64,000 nucleotides of DNA. Origin: an uncultured Candidatus Rokubacteria bacterium. GTDB taxonomy: Bacteria > Methylomirabilota > Methylomirabilia > Rokubacteriales > DASRDR01. Shown here piece after piece: positions 9,668-18,722 of this stretch. The stretch covers positions 2,016,001 to 2,080,000 of the forward strand of contig CAWGVS010000005.1 of the NCBI GenBank assembly GCA_963826115.1, in the 5' to 3' direction. Below the pieces are notes generated by a model. The model worked only from the letters and a program-made list of their open reading frames with translations, did no database searches and had not been told where the DNA came from. Within the stretch, counting starts at the first letter, position 1. The number at the start of each line of letters is the position of its first letter. Position numbers and translations under genes: made by a program.

Positions 9668-10924
9668 TCAGATCTCGTCGGCCCAGACGTCGGCGGGCTC
9701 CTGGCGACGCCGGAGGAGGCGCAACGTGCCGTCCGGCTCCAGCATGACCTCGGGGGCGCGGGGATAGGAATTGTAGTTGATGGTGGACATCGCCGCGCAA
9801 TAGGCGCCGGCGCCGCTCACCACGACCAGGTCGCCGATCTGGGGACGGGGCACCCAGCGGGGCCCGAGGGCCTCGGGGTCGCCCGGCGCCGGCGTGAGGA
9901 TGTCGCCCGACTCGCAGCAGGGACCCACGAAGACGACGGCGGCCGCCTCCCTTCCCTGGGCGAGAACGTCGATCGGGTGCTGAGCCCCGTACAGCGACGG
10001 ACGCGTGACCTCGGTCATGCCGGTGTCGAGCTTGGCGAACAGGTAGCCCTCGCGGCCGGTGTCCACCACGTCGACGCAGCTCGCCACCACTGCGCCGGCG
10101 CGGGCGACGAGGTACGTGCCGGGCTCGATCTCGAGACCGAGCCGGCGGCCATCCCGGGCCTGGAAGGACAGGAGCTCCGCGCGCACGTGCGCACCCACGT
10201 CGGCGAGATCGACCGTCGGCTCCTCGGGCATGCGCCCCACCTTGAACCCGCCTCCCAGGTTGACGGCGCCCACCTCGGGCAGCTTCGCCGCCAGCTCGAG
10301 CGTCATCCGGATGCAGCGCTTCCAGATCTCCGGATCCGTGCCCGAGCCCACGTGCGAGTGGAGGCGCGTGATGCGAAGACGGTGGCGCTCCGCGATCGTC
10401 TTGACCTCGTCGAGGTACTCGTGCCATATCCCGAAGCTCGACGCGGGCCCGCCGGTGTTGGTGCGCTTGGTGGAGCCGGTCCCCAGCCCCGGATTCATCC
10501 GGACCGACACCTCGCTCCCGGGAGCGACGCGCCCGAAGCTGTCGAGCTGGTGGATGGAGCACGCGTTGAACAGGACGCCCCGTCGGACGTGCTCGGCCAG
10601 CCGCCGCGACGGCATCTGGGAGGTGAGCTGGATCTCCGCCGGCGCGAAACCCGCCTCGATCGCCCGCTCGACCTCGAAGTCGCTGGACGCGTCGATGTGA
10701 ATGCCCAGCGCGCGGAACACGCGGAGAATGCCGCGCGACGGATTCGCCTTCATCGCGTAGCGCAAGGTGAAGCCGAACGGCGCCGGGAAGGCCAGGGCCG
10801 CGCGGGCGGCCGCCTCGAGCGCGGTGCGGTCGTAGACGTAGCAGGGGGTGCCGAACCGCGCGCGTACCTCGGCGGCGACCCCGGGGCTGAGAAACGGGGT
10901 GGCAGGGGCGATCGAGTGGTCCAT
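9668..10924 (-). CDS. lysA: Diaminopimelate decarboxylase
   Basis: YAMKAN (PLP Lys), HSHVGSG, NLGGG, EPG, GPCCESGD, GAY..AMS..NYNS. Confidence 0.85.
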   Translation of the reverse strand: MDHSIAPATPFLSPGVAAEVRARFGTPCYVYDRTALEAAARAALAFPAPFGFTLRYAMKANPSRGILRVFRALGIHIDASSDFEVERAIEAGFAPAEIQLTSQMPSRRLAEHVRRGVLFNACSIHQLDSFGRVAPGSEVSVRMNPGLGTGSTKRTNTGGPASSFGIWHEYLDEVKTIAERHRLRITRLHSHVGSGTDPEIWKRCIRMTLELAAKLPEVGAVNLGGGFKVGRMPEEPTVDLADVGAHVRAELLSFQARDGRRLGLEIEPGTYLVARAGAVVASCVDVVDTGREGYLFAKLDTGMTEVTRPSLYGAQHPIDVLAQGREAAAVVFVGPCCESGDILTPAPGDPEALGPRWVPRPQIGDLVVVSGAGAYCAAMSTINYNSYPRAPEVMLEPDGTLRLLRRRQEPADVWADEI

Positions 10925-11078
10925 GGGCGGTCATCCTACCTCAGGACGGCGACTCTTGCGCGTCCGAGTGAGCCCGCCGAGCCCTCGTCCCCCTTGTCTG
11001 AGCCTCGGCCGTCCGCTAGAGTTGAGCCGGCTCGATTCCGGCCCGGCCCAGAACCCTCTCTGACACTCAGGAGGTCCG

Positions 11079-11894
11079 GTGAAGGCGCGCGAGATCTTCG
11101 AGTACAACAAGCTCACCTGGCCCGAGATGAACGACGCGATCGAGCTCGGGAAGGTGATTCTCCTGCCCACGGGCTCGACCGAGCAGCACGGCGCTCACCT
11201 GCCCCTCGACACCGACCTGTTCCTGGTCGAATCGGTGTGCCGGGAGCTCGGCCGGCGGGCGCCGGACAAGGTGCTCGTCCTGCCCGGCATTCCCTACGGG
11301 CTCAACATGCATCACTTCGACTTCCCGGGGACGATCCACGTCGAGCCTCAGCACTTCATCGACTTCTGCGCGGACGTGCTGAAGAGCGTCGCCTACCACG
11401 GGTTCCGCCGGATGGCCGTGATCAACGGGCACGGCTCGAACATGCCGATGGCCGACCTGATCGCCCGCCGGGTGGTGCTCGAGACTCCCGCCATCTGCTG
11501 CGCGTTCGGTTACTACAACATGGGGCGCGACGAGAGCCTCGAGAGCCTCGAGAGCGGCGTGTACGCGCACGCGGACGAGTGGGAGACCTCGCTCTACCTC
11601 CACTTCGACGCCGAGCGCGTCCAGATGGACAAGGCCGTGCAGGACACCGACCGCGTGGGACGCACCATGACCTCCGACAGCACCACGAACGTCCGGTTCA
11701 ACGACTTCTGGGGACGCTGGACCAAGACGGGCGTCCACGGCGACCCCACGAAGGCCAGCCGCGAGAAGGGCCGCCGGATCGCCGAGGCCCTCATGAAGGA
11801 GATGCTGGTCTGGCTCGACGAGTTCCGAGCCTGGCCGATCGAGGGACGTCAGGACCAGCACCGGCTGCCGGTGCAGCGGGAGATCCGCTGGTGA
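11079..11894 (+). CDS. Creatininase family amidohydrolase (MftE-like)
   Basis: GSTEQHGAHLPLDTD, NGHGSN, HADEWETS, GVHGDP. Confidence 0.9.
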   Translation: MKAREIFEYNKLTWPEMNDAIELGKVILLPTGSTEQHGAHLPLDTDLFLVESVCRELGRRAPDKVLVLPGIPYGLNMHHFDFPGTIHVEPQHFIDFCADVLKSVAYHGFRRMAVINGHGSNMPMADLIARRVVLETPAICCAFGYYNMGRDESLESLESGVYAHADEWETSLYLHFDAERVQMDKAVQDTDRVGRTMTSDSTTNVRFNDFWGRWTKTGVHGDPTKASREKGRRIAEALMKEMLVWLDEFRAWPIEGRQDQHRLPVQREIRW

Positions 11895-11914
11895 CAACCA
11901 AGGAGGAGACGGTG

Positions 11915-13498
11915 ATGCGATCAAAATGGTCGACACAATACGGGCTCGGTCACGCGGGCGGCTGTGTCACGGTGGTGCTGGCGCTTCTCCTGGGTACGAC
12001 CCTGATCGGTGCGCCCGCGGCCTCGGCTCAGGGCACCCAACTGAAGGTCGGCCTCCAGGGAGACACGTCCGACGTTGACCTCCACATGACCACGCACTAC
12101 GTGAGCCGCGTGGCCCTGCTGAACGTCTACGAGATGCTCTACGCCCTCGGTGAGGATCTCTCGATCCAGCCGATGCTGGTCGACAAGCACACCGTCAGCT
12201 CCGATGGCCTCGTCTACACGCTCACGCTCCGACGGGGAGTGAAGTTCCACAGCGGCAAGACGATGGATTCGAAGGACGTCGCCTATACCTTCAAGCGGAT
12301 CATGGGCGACCAGAAGGCGTGCCGCTCCGCCGAGCTCCGCAACTTCATCAAGGAGGTGGCGGAGGACGGCCCCCTGGCGGTGAAGATCACGCTGAACGCG
12401 TCGAACTCCGCGTTCCTGGCGGCACTGGCGAACGTGATCTGTCCCGTCGTCGTGTACCCGGACGGCGAGGCCGAGCGCCAGGGCGGCAAGGTGATCAAAC
12501 CTGTGGGCACCGGACCGTACGAGTTCGTCGAGTGGAAGAAGGACGCCTACCTCCGGGTGAAAAAGTTCAAGGACTACGCCGCCGACTCCCGGCCGACCTC
12601 CGGGCTCGCGGGTCGAAAGACCGCGATCATGGACACGGTGGACTTCATCCCCATCCCTGACGGGTCCGTGCGGTCCGCGGCAATCGAGCGGGGCGATGTC
12701 GACATCGCGATCGAGCTGAACGCCGAGGACGTCCCGCGGCTCAAGGCGACCCGGGGTGTCGTCGTCGGGTCGGTGCCCGGGATCGCGTTCGACGACCTGC
12801 GATGGGGCTTCAAGCAGGGGATCTTCAAGGACAATCTGAAGCTCCGCCAGGCCGTGGCATACGCCATCGACAAGGAAGAGCTGGCCAAGGCCGTCACCGC
12901 GGGGCTCGGCAAGCCCGTCACCGCGGGATTCCCGGCCGGCATGCCGTTCCACGGCGCGATCCACCAGCAAGACCCCTTCGCGAAGCCCGACCTCCAGAAG
13001 GCCAAGCAGCTCATGCAGGAGGGAGGCTATCAGGGCCAGGAGATCGTCCTCACCGCCCACCTGGTTCCCGACCGGATCGCCCAGGGCGCGGTCGTCATCC
13101 AGAGCCAGCTCCAGGCCGCCGGCTTCAAGGTGAAGGTGGTGACGCTCGAGTCCGCCGCGCTCCAGGTGGCCTTCAACAACGGCGACTTCGAGCTCTTCTA
13201 TTCCGGGCTCACGCCGCGCCCGGACGCGGACATCTACTACTGCGCCAACAACGAGAGCAAGGTGAGCCAGGCGCGCTACAACAACCCCGAGTGGGACCGT
13301 CTCTGCCAGGAAGGTCGCAAGGCCCTCAAGGCCGAGGACCGAGCCAAGGTGTACGTGCAGCTCGAGCAGCTCCGGCGCGCGGAGGGAGTCTACTACCCCA
13401 CGTACTACGTCCCGCAGATCGCCGCCTGGCGGGAGAACGTCAAGGGCTTCAAGCACTGGGCGGCAGGCTACGCGCGCGTCTGGGGTGTCTCGAAGTAA
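11915..13498 (+). CDS. ABC transporter substrate-binding protein, family 5 (peptide/nickel)
   Basis: Signal peptide ending ASA-Q; YTLTLRRGVKFHSG; PVGTGPYEFVEW; AGGAGG RBS. The longer ORF starting at 9977 is a shadow extension. Confidence 0.92.
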   Translation: MRSKWSTQYGLGHAGGCVTVVLALLLGTTLIGAPAASAQGTQLKVGLQGDTSDVDLHMTTHYVSRVALLNVYEMLYALGEDLSIQPMLVDKHTVSSDGLVYTLTLRRGVKFHSGKTMDSKDVAYTFKRIMGDQKACRSAELRNFIKEVAEDGPLAVKITLNASNSAFLAALANVICPVVVYPDGEAERQGGKVIKPVGTGPYEFVEWKKDAYLRVKKFKDYAADSRPTSGLAGRKTAIMDTVDFIPIPDGSVRSAAIERGDVDIAIELNAEDVPRLKATRGVVVGSVPGIAFDDLRWGFKQGIFKDNLKLRQAVAYAIDKEELAKAVTAGLGKPVTAGFPAGMPFHGAIHQQDPFAKPDLQKAKQLMQEGGYQGQEIVLTAHLVPDRIAQGAVVIQSQLQAAGFKVKVVTLESAALQVAFNNGDFELFYSGLTPRPDADIYYCANNESKVSQARYNNPEWDRLCQEGRKALKAEDRAKVYVQLEQLRRAEGVYYPTYYVPQIAAWRENVKGFKHWAAGYARVWGVSK

Positions 13499-13518
13499 CC
13501 TCCCCGGCTGTCTCTCCC

Positions 13519-13551
13519 GACCCCTCGCGAGGCGTTGCCTCGCGAGGGGTC
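13519..13551. terminator. Perfect 15-bp hairpin after the SBP gene (terminator or mRNA stabiliser)
   Basis: GACCCCTCGCGAGGC-GTT-GCCTCGCGAGGGGTC. Confidence 0.55.
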
Positions 13552-13636
13552 CCGGGGAGCTCCTCGCGCTTCGAATCGGACCGTACCCGTCTGACGGCCG
13601 GCTGATCTCCTCCGCAGCATCATCGTGGGAGGCAGG

Positions 13637-14197
13637 ATGCCCGAATCCATTCCGGCGCCGCTCATCATCGACACCCTGAAGGACACGTTTCGGGAGGCCC
13701 GGGCCGCCCTGGCCGCCGAGGTTGCCGAGCCGCCGATGCACAGCCATCTCGGCTGGATCCTCAGCGTGCCCGACACACACCAGAAGACCGTGCTCGCCGC
13801 GCTCGACAAGGAGGAGTCGATCCGTGTCGTCACCTGCGCGACCGAGGACGAGGCGACCGCGATCGCGGCCGGGCTCCACGTCGGCGGGGAGCCCGTGGTG
13901 CTGATGATTCAGCACGCGGGACTCTATGCGTCGATCAACACGCTCCGCGGCGTCGCGATGGACGGCCGAGTCCCCGTCTTCTACATGATCGGCCTTCTGA
14001 ACCGGGAGAAGGACAAGGACCCGCGGGAATCACGGCACTCCATGGTCCGCTACTGCGAGCCACTTCTCGACACCTTCGGTGTGCCGCACGCGCGCTTGGA
14101 AGGGCCGAACGACGTGCGCCTCATTCCCGAGTACTACCGCCTGAGCCGCGCGCGCCTCGGGCCGGCCGCCGTGCTGGTCGGGCTGGAGACGAGCTGA
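13637..14197 (+). CDS. ThDP-dependent decarboxylase alpha subunit (sulfopyruvate/phosphonopyruvate decarboxylase-like, PYR domain)
   Basis: SVPD, TEDEATAIAAG, LMIQHAG; followed by the beta subunit. Confidence 0.75.
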   Translation: MPESIPAPLIIDTLKDTFREARAALAAEVAEPPMHSHLGWILSVPDTHQKTVLAALDKEESIRVVTCATEDEATAIAAGLHVGGEPVVLMIQHAGLYASINTLRGVAMDGRVPVFYMIGLLNREKDKDPRESRHSMVRYCEPLLDTFGVPHARLEGPNDVRLIPEYYRLSRARLGPAAVLVGLETS

Positions 14198-14198
14198 G

Positions 14199-14813
14199 GT
14201 GGCCCCGGTCCCTGACATCGCAATGAAGCCAGAGGACGTCCTGCGCGCCATCGCCGCCGAGCGCGGCGACGCCATCGTCGTTCCCACCATGACGACGGCC
14301 CCCGCCTGGCGCAGCATCGCGCCCAACGACCTCTCCGTGACCTGCGTCGGCTTCATGGGCGGCGCCTCCTCCCTCGGGCTCGGCCTGGCGCTCGCCCGTC
14401 CCGACCGGCGCGTTCTCGTGCTCGACGGCGACGGGTCCTTGCTCATGCAGCTCGGATCGCTCGCCACGGTGGCCGGGGCCGCCCCCCGGAATCTGGTCCA
14501 CTTCCTCTTCAGGAACGGCGTCTACCACACGTCGGGCGCGCAGGGGATCCCGGGCGGCCTGTCGGTCGACTTCGTGATGATGGCCAAGGGGGCCGGCTAC
14601 CGGATGGCCAGTGCCATCGACGACTTGGGGGACCTCAAGCGCCGGCTCCCCGACCTGCTCGGAGCTGCAGGGCCGGTCTTCGTTGAGCTCCACACAGGAC
14701 TCGCCGAGCAGACACCGATGACCGTCCGCGAGCGCACCCCGTTCCACCAGCAGCTCCACGATGCTCGGGTCAAGCTCCTCCGCCCTCGCGGAAGCGCGGT
14801 CGCCGACACCTGA
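14199..14813 (+). CDS. ThDP-binding decarboxylase beta subunit (ComE-like, PP domain)
   Basis: MGGASSLGLGLALA and DGDGSLLMQLGSL...NG ThDP motif; start may be ATG at 14223. Confidence 0.8.
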   Translation: MAPVPDIAMKPEDVLRAIAAERGDAIVVPTMTTAPAWRSIAPNDLSVTCVGFMGGASSLGLGLALARPDRRVLVLDGDGSLLMQLGSLATVAGAAPRNLVHFLFRNGVYHTSGAQGIPGGLSVDFVMMAKGAGYRMASAIDDLGDLKRRLPDLLGAAGPVFVELHTGLAEQTPMTVRERTPFHQQLHDARVKLLRPRGSAVADT

Positions 14814-14838
14814 CCCTCACCCGCCCCAGGAGGCCATC

Positions 14839-15042
14839 ATGCCGCTCGACCCTCAAGCTCAGCGTGTCGTCGACGCGATGGCTGCGCTCAATCTCAAGCC
14901 CGTCGAGTCCTCGGCGCCCGCCGAGGCGCGCGAGTCGATCCGCACTCGCACCGCCGCCCTCGGGCCCGCTCCGGACGTCGCGGCGGTCGCCGATCACCGG
15001 GTGCCCGTGGCGGGCGGTGAGATCATCGTGCGCGCGTACTAA
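14839..15042 (+). pseudogene. N-terminal remnant of an HSL/Aes-family alpha/beta hydrolase
   Basis: AGGAGG RBS; MPLDPQAQ...VADHRVPVAGGEIIVRAY then TAA, stopping just before the expected HGGG region. Confidence 0.7.
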
Positions 15043-15996
15043 ATGCATCCGCTGGCCAGACTCGTCCTCGGGCGCTTGATCGCGCTCGTGCCCATGCTCC
15101 TCGCCCTCAGCATGGCCTCGTTCGCGCTCGTCCACGTGATCCCGGGCGACCCGGCGGTCGTGATGCTCGGCAGCGAGGGGTCCCTCCAGGCCGTGGCCGA
15201 GCTCCGCGAGCGGCTTGGTCTGAATCGCCCGCTCCACGTGCGGTATCTCGAGTGGCTCGGGCAGATCGCACGCGGCGACTTCGGGGAGTCCCTCTACAAC
15301 AAGACGCGTGTGTCCGAGGAGCTGGTCTGGCGGATGCCGACGACCGGCGCCCTCGTGATCCTCGCCCTCGGGTTCTCCATGGCCATCGGCATCCCGGCCG
15401 GGATCCTGTCCGCCGCCTTCCGAAACTCGTGGGTCGACCACGCGGCGAGACTCCTCACCCTGGTGAGCTTGTCGCTGCCGAGCTTCTGGCTCGGGCTCAT
15501 GCTGATCATCCTCTTCTCGCTGAAGCTCAACCTCCTGCCGATCGTGGGCTACGAGCCAATCACGCAGGACTTCTGGAAGGGGCTCCCCTTTCTCATCCTC
15601 CCGAGCGCCGCGCTCGGGACGTACCTGGCGGCGCTTCTCACGCGACTCACGCGCTCGAGCATGCTCGAGGTTCTCGGGCAGGATTACGTGCGCACCGCGC
15701 GGGCCAAGGGACTCACAGGATGGGCTGTGGTGACCCGGCACGCCCTCCGCAACGCACTCATTCCCCTCGTCACCGTCATCGGCATCAACCTGGGCATCCT
15801 CCTCGGCGGGAGCGCCGTCATCGAAACGGTCTTCGTGCTACCGGGGGTTGGCCAGTTCGTCGTGCGGTCCATATACAACCGGGACCTCCCGGTGATCCAA
15901 GGCCTGATCCTCTACGTTGCCTTGGTGTACGTGCTGATCAACCTGCTCGTGGACGTGCTCTACACGTACCTCGATCCACGGCTCCGGCCGAACTGA
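15043..15996 (+). CDS. ABC transporter permease (DppB/OppB-type)
   Basis: IPGDPA, GDFGES, EAA loop DYVRTARAKG...HALRNA. Confidence 0.93.
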   Translation: MHPLARLVLGRLIALVPMLLALSMASFALVHVIPGDPAVVMLGSEGSLQAVAELRERLGLNRPLHVRYLEWLGQIARGDFGESLYNKTRVSEELVWRMPTTGALVILALGFSMAIGIPAGILSAAFRNSWVDHAARLLTLVSLSLPSFWLGLMLIILFSLKLNLLPIVGYEPITQDFWKGLPFLILPSAALGTYLAALLTRLTRSSMLEVLGQDYVRTARAKGLTGWAVVTRHALRNALIPLVTVIGINLGILLGGSAVIETVFVLPGVGQFVVRSIYNRDLPVIQGLILYVALVYVLINLLVDVLYTYLDPRLRPN

Positions 15997-16009
15997 GTCG
16001 GTGTCGACC

Positions 16010-16963
16010 ATGGGCGAGCGAGTCGGACCGACGGCATTGGGCGCGGCCGAATCGTCCGGCGTCGCTTTCGGAATCGACGGCGCCGGGCCAGGGTTGGGCC
16101 CGGCCGCGGCGCTCCCGCCGCGGCGGTCGAGCGGGGCACGCATCCGCAGCTGGATGCGCAAGAACCCTCTCTCCGTGGTGGGCGCCGCCATCGTGCTCGC
16201 ACTGGTGGTGATGGCCGCGGTGGCACCGTACCTGCCCCTGCAAAACCCGGTGCGGATGAACGTGCCCAAGCGTTTCACCCCGCCCGGGGCGGCCTTTTGG
16301 TTCGGAACGGATCACCTGGGCCGGGACGTCTTCAGCCGGGTCATCCACGGCGCCGCGTTCAGCCTCACGATCGGCGCCCTGACCATCCTGCTCGCCGGAG
16401 TACCGGGCGTCCTTGTCGGCATCTTCGGCTCGACCGCCCCGCCGCGTCTGGCCGGTCTCGTGATGCGAGCGCTCGACGTGCTGATGTCCTTCCCGGCGCT
16501 CCTCCTAGCCGTCGCGGTCGGTGCGGCGCTCGGAACCGGCGGGCGAAGCATCGTCATCGCGCTGAGCGTCGTGTACTTCCCGCGGATCGCTCGAATGACT
16601 CGCGGCATCGCGCTGTCCGTGATGGCGCAGGAGTACGTCACCGCCTCGCGCGCCCTTGGCACTTCCGCTCACCGCCTCGTCCTCCGGACGGTGGTGCCCA
16701 ACTGCCTCTCGGTGGTGGTCGTGCAGTGCAGCCTCTACTTCGCGGAGGTGCTGCTCGCCGAGGCCGCCCTGTCGTTCCTCGGGCTGGGCGAGTCCCCGCC
16801 CCGCCCCACCTGGGGCAACATGCTGTACGAGGCGCAGAAGAACATGCGCAACGCGCCGTGGATCGCCATCTTTCCCGGCACCGCCATCGCGGTGTCGGTC
16901 TTCGGGCTGAACCTGTTCGGCGACGCGGTGCGGGACGCGATGGACCCGCGCCTCAGGACGTGA
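16010..16963 (+). CDS. ABC transporter permease (DppC/OppC-type)
   Basis: FGTDHLGRDVFSR, EAALSFLGLG, PTWG, GDAVRDAMDPR. Confidence 0.93.
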   Translation: MGERVGPTALGAAESSGVAFGIDGAGPGLGPAAALPPRRSSGARIRSWMRKNPLSVVGAAIVLALVVMAAVAPYLPLQNPVRMNVPKRFTPPGAAFWFGTDHLGRDVFSRVIHGAAFSLTIGALTILLAGVPGVLVGIFGSTAPPRLAGLVMRALDVLMSFPALLLAVAVGAALGTGGRSIVIALSVVYFPRIARMTRGIALSVMAQEYVTASRALGTSAHRLVLRTVVPNCLSVVVVQCSLYFAEVLLAEAALSFLGLGESPPRPTWGNMLYEAQKNMRNAPWIAIFPGTAIAVSVFGLNLFGDAVRDAMDPRLRT

Positions 16964-17083
16964 GGCGCGGGCAGGTCGCGCCGACAAGGACGATGCGGCC
17001 CCCTGACAGCCGAGCGGGCTGTTCCTCATCGAGGCGGGTTGCGCGGGCTGTCTCGGCCCCGCTTCGGGAGTAGACGGGGACCG

Positions 17084-17347
17084 CTAGGGACGGATGGTGC
17101 GCTCGGCGGAGCGCAAGGTGTCGCTCACCTGCGCCTTGCCGTGGTCGAGCATCTCCTCGGCCCTGCGAATGGGAGCGGCGGCGCGATCGAACGCGCGCTC
17201 GGCCGTCTCCTCGACCGAGTGGATCCGGTCGGCCGCGCCCACGCGCGCGAGCCGGGTCTGCTCATCGAGGTAGGCTTGGATGTCGTCCCGGAAGAACCAC
17301 ACGATCAGACCGCCCGTCACGACGCCCGCGAGAAAACCCTTCACCAT
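17084..17347 (-). CDS. Small membrane-anchored protein (YtxH-like architecture)
   Basis: GFLAGVVTGG hydrophobic N-terminus plus amphipathic helix; GGGGAG RBS; own extended -10 at 17393-17401. Confidence 0.65.
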   Translation of the reverse strand: MVKGFLAGVVTGGLIVWFFRDDIQAYLDEQTRLARVGAADRIHSVEETAERAFDRAAAPIRRAEEMLDHGKAQVSDTLRSAERTIRP

Positions 17348-17435
17348 GGCTCCCCCTTCTGGCTGTTCAGGACCACTGGCCCGGCGCCGATCACGGTAGC
17401 ACAGGCCCGGTCGCGGGGGGAGCCGACGGAGGCCC

Positions 17436-18089
17436 TCAAGCCGGCCGTGCGGGTCGCGGCGCGAGCGCGGCCTCGGGAGCGGCCCGCCGGGCGCGGGCCC
17501 GGGCGCGGCGCACCGCGTCGACGATCCGGACGGCGAAGAGGAGCGCCAGCCACGCCGCGTAGTAGTACGGCCCGCGCACGCCGACCTTCGCGAGCCAGAA
17601 GTAGTGGAGCACGCCCAGAATCCCGATCAGGTAGACGAGGCGGTGGAGGCGCCGCCACGCGACCCCGCCGAGCCGCCGGATCATGCCCGCGGTCGAGGTC
17701 GCCGCCAGCGGGAGGAGCAGAACGAGTGCCGTGAAGCCAACCGTGACGTACGGGCGCTTCACGATATCGGCCGCCATCTCCGGCCAGTCGAAGAAGTGGT
17801 CGACGACGAGCCACACGCTGAAATGCAGGAGCGCGTAGAGAAAGGCGAAGAGTCCGAGCAGGCGCCGCAACGTCACGGGCCACGACAGACCGAACAGGAT
17901 GCGGAGGGGCGTCATGGTGAGGGAGAGCAGCAGGATCCTCAGGGTCCAGTCGCCCAGCGTGTCCGTCGCCACGTCGATCGGATTCGTGACGAGCGGATCG
18001 GTGAAGAGCCGCCAGAGAAGGCTCGCCAGCGGGGTGAGGCACCCCGCCCACACGACGGACTTCAACCCGATCCGTTGCGGGCGGGTCAC
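17436..18089 (-). CDS. msrQ: Protein-methionine-sulfoxide reductase heme membrane subunit
   Basis: RRLLGLFAFLYALLHF, KRPYVTVG, WRRLHRLVY, LHYFW. Confidence 0.92.
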   Translation of the reverse strand: MTRPQRIGLKSVVWAGCLTPLASLLWRLFTDPLVTNPIDVATDTLGDWTLRILLLSLTMTPLRILFGLSWPVTLRRLLGLFAFLYALLHFSVWLVVDHFFDWPEMAADIVKRPYVTVGFTALVLLLPLAATSTAGMIRRLGGVAWRRLHRLVYLIGILGVLHYFWLAKVGVRGPYYYAAWLALLFAVRIVDAVRRARARARRAAPEAALAPRPARPA

Positions 18090-18111
18090 GTTTGCGGGGG
18101 CTCCGACGCGG

Positions 18112-18702
18112 CTACGCCCGCCCCTGGTCGGGGCAGTCGCGGCGGTCCGGGTCCGGTCGCGAGTGCCGCCAGAGACCCTGCGACGGCACCCGAAGCGCCC
18201 GGTTGAACTTGCTGGACGCGTTCTCCCACGCGATCACCGCCGTCAGCTCCACGAGGGCGTCGTCGTCGTAGAAGCGGCGAAGCCGGTCGAAGAGCTCGTC
18301 GCCGACCTCGCGATCGCTGAACGTCATCGCGTCGGCGTACTCGAGCGCCGCGCGCTCCGCGCCGTCGTAGAATAGGCTCGTCGCGTAGCCCGGCAGCGCC
18401 AGGATCTTCTCCTCCGGCACCCCGAGCGCGCTGCCCACGGCAGCATTGATGTCCTGTCAGAACCCGCAGCCGTTCAGAAACGCCACGCGCCGGTTGGCGA
18501 GGGCCTTGAGCCTCTCGTCGATCAACCCGGAGGCGCCGATGCCCGCCCACATCCCGCGTGCGCCCCGAAAGATCGAGGGCCGGCGCGCGTACACGAGGTG
18601 ATTCAGGAGAGGAGCGCCCCAGTGCTTTGCCTGCGCGGCCAGCACCTTCTCGGCGTAGTCGTCTCCCGCCTCGCCTGGCCGGACACCCTCGACGCGGGCC
18701 AC
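18112..18702 (-). CDS. CMD/AhpD-like protein, predicted selenoprotein (C-G-F-U; UGA at 18457-18459)
   Basis: GTG start 20 nt after the msrP stop. ...RRVAFLNGCGF-TGA-QDINAAVG... continues in frame into the CMD C-terminal half (ERAALEYADAMT...LVELTAVIAWENASSKFNRAL). The UGA occupies the second Cys of CxxC. 197 codons. Confidence 0.85.
18430..18459 (-). promoter_or_regulatory. Putative bacterial SECIS element
   Basis: UGA-CAGGACAUCAAU-GCUGCC(GUG)GGCAGC: 6-bp stem from +13, loop begins with G. Confidence 0.7.
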
Positions 18703-18722
18703 CGCCTCTGCCCTCCCCGCGC

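Noticed and set aside
14195-14230. Possible UGA read-through joining the ComD-like and ComE-like subunits
   Set aside because: The downstream gene is in a different frame, another TGA follows five codons later, and there is no AAY-GC hairpin.
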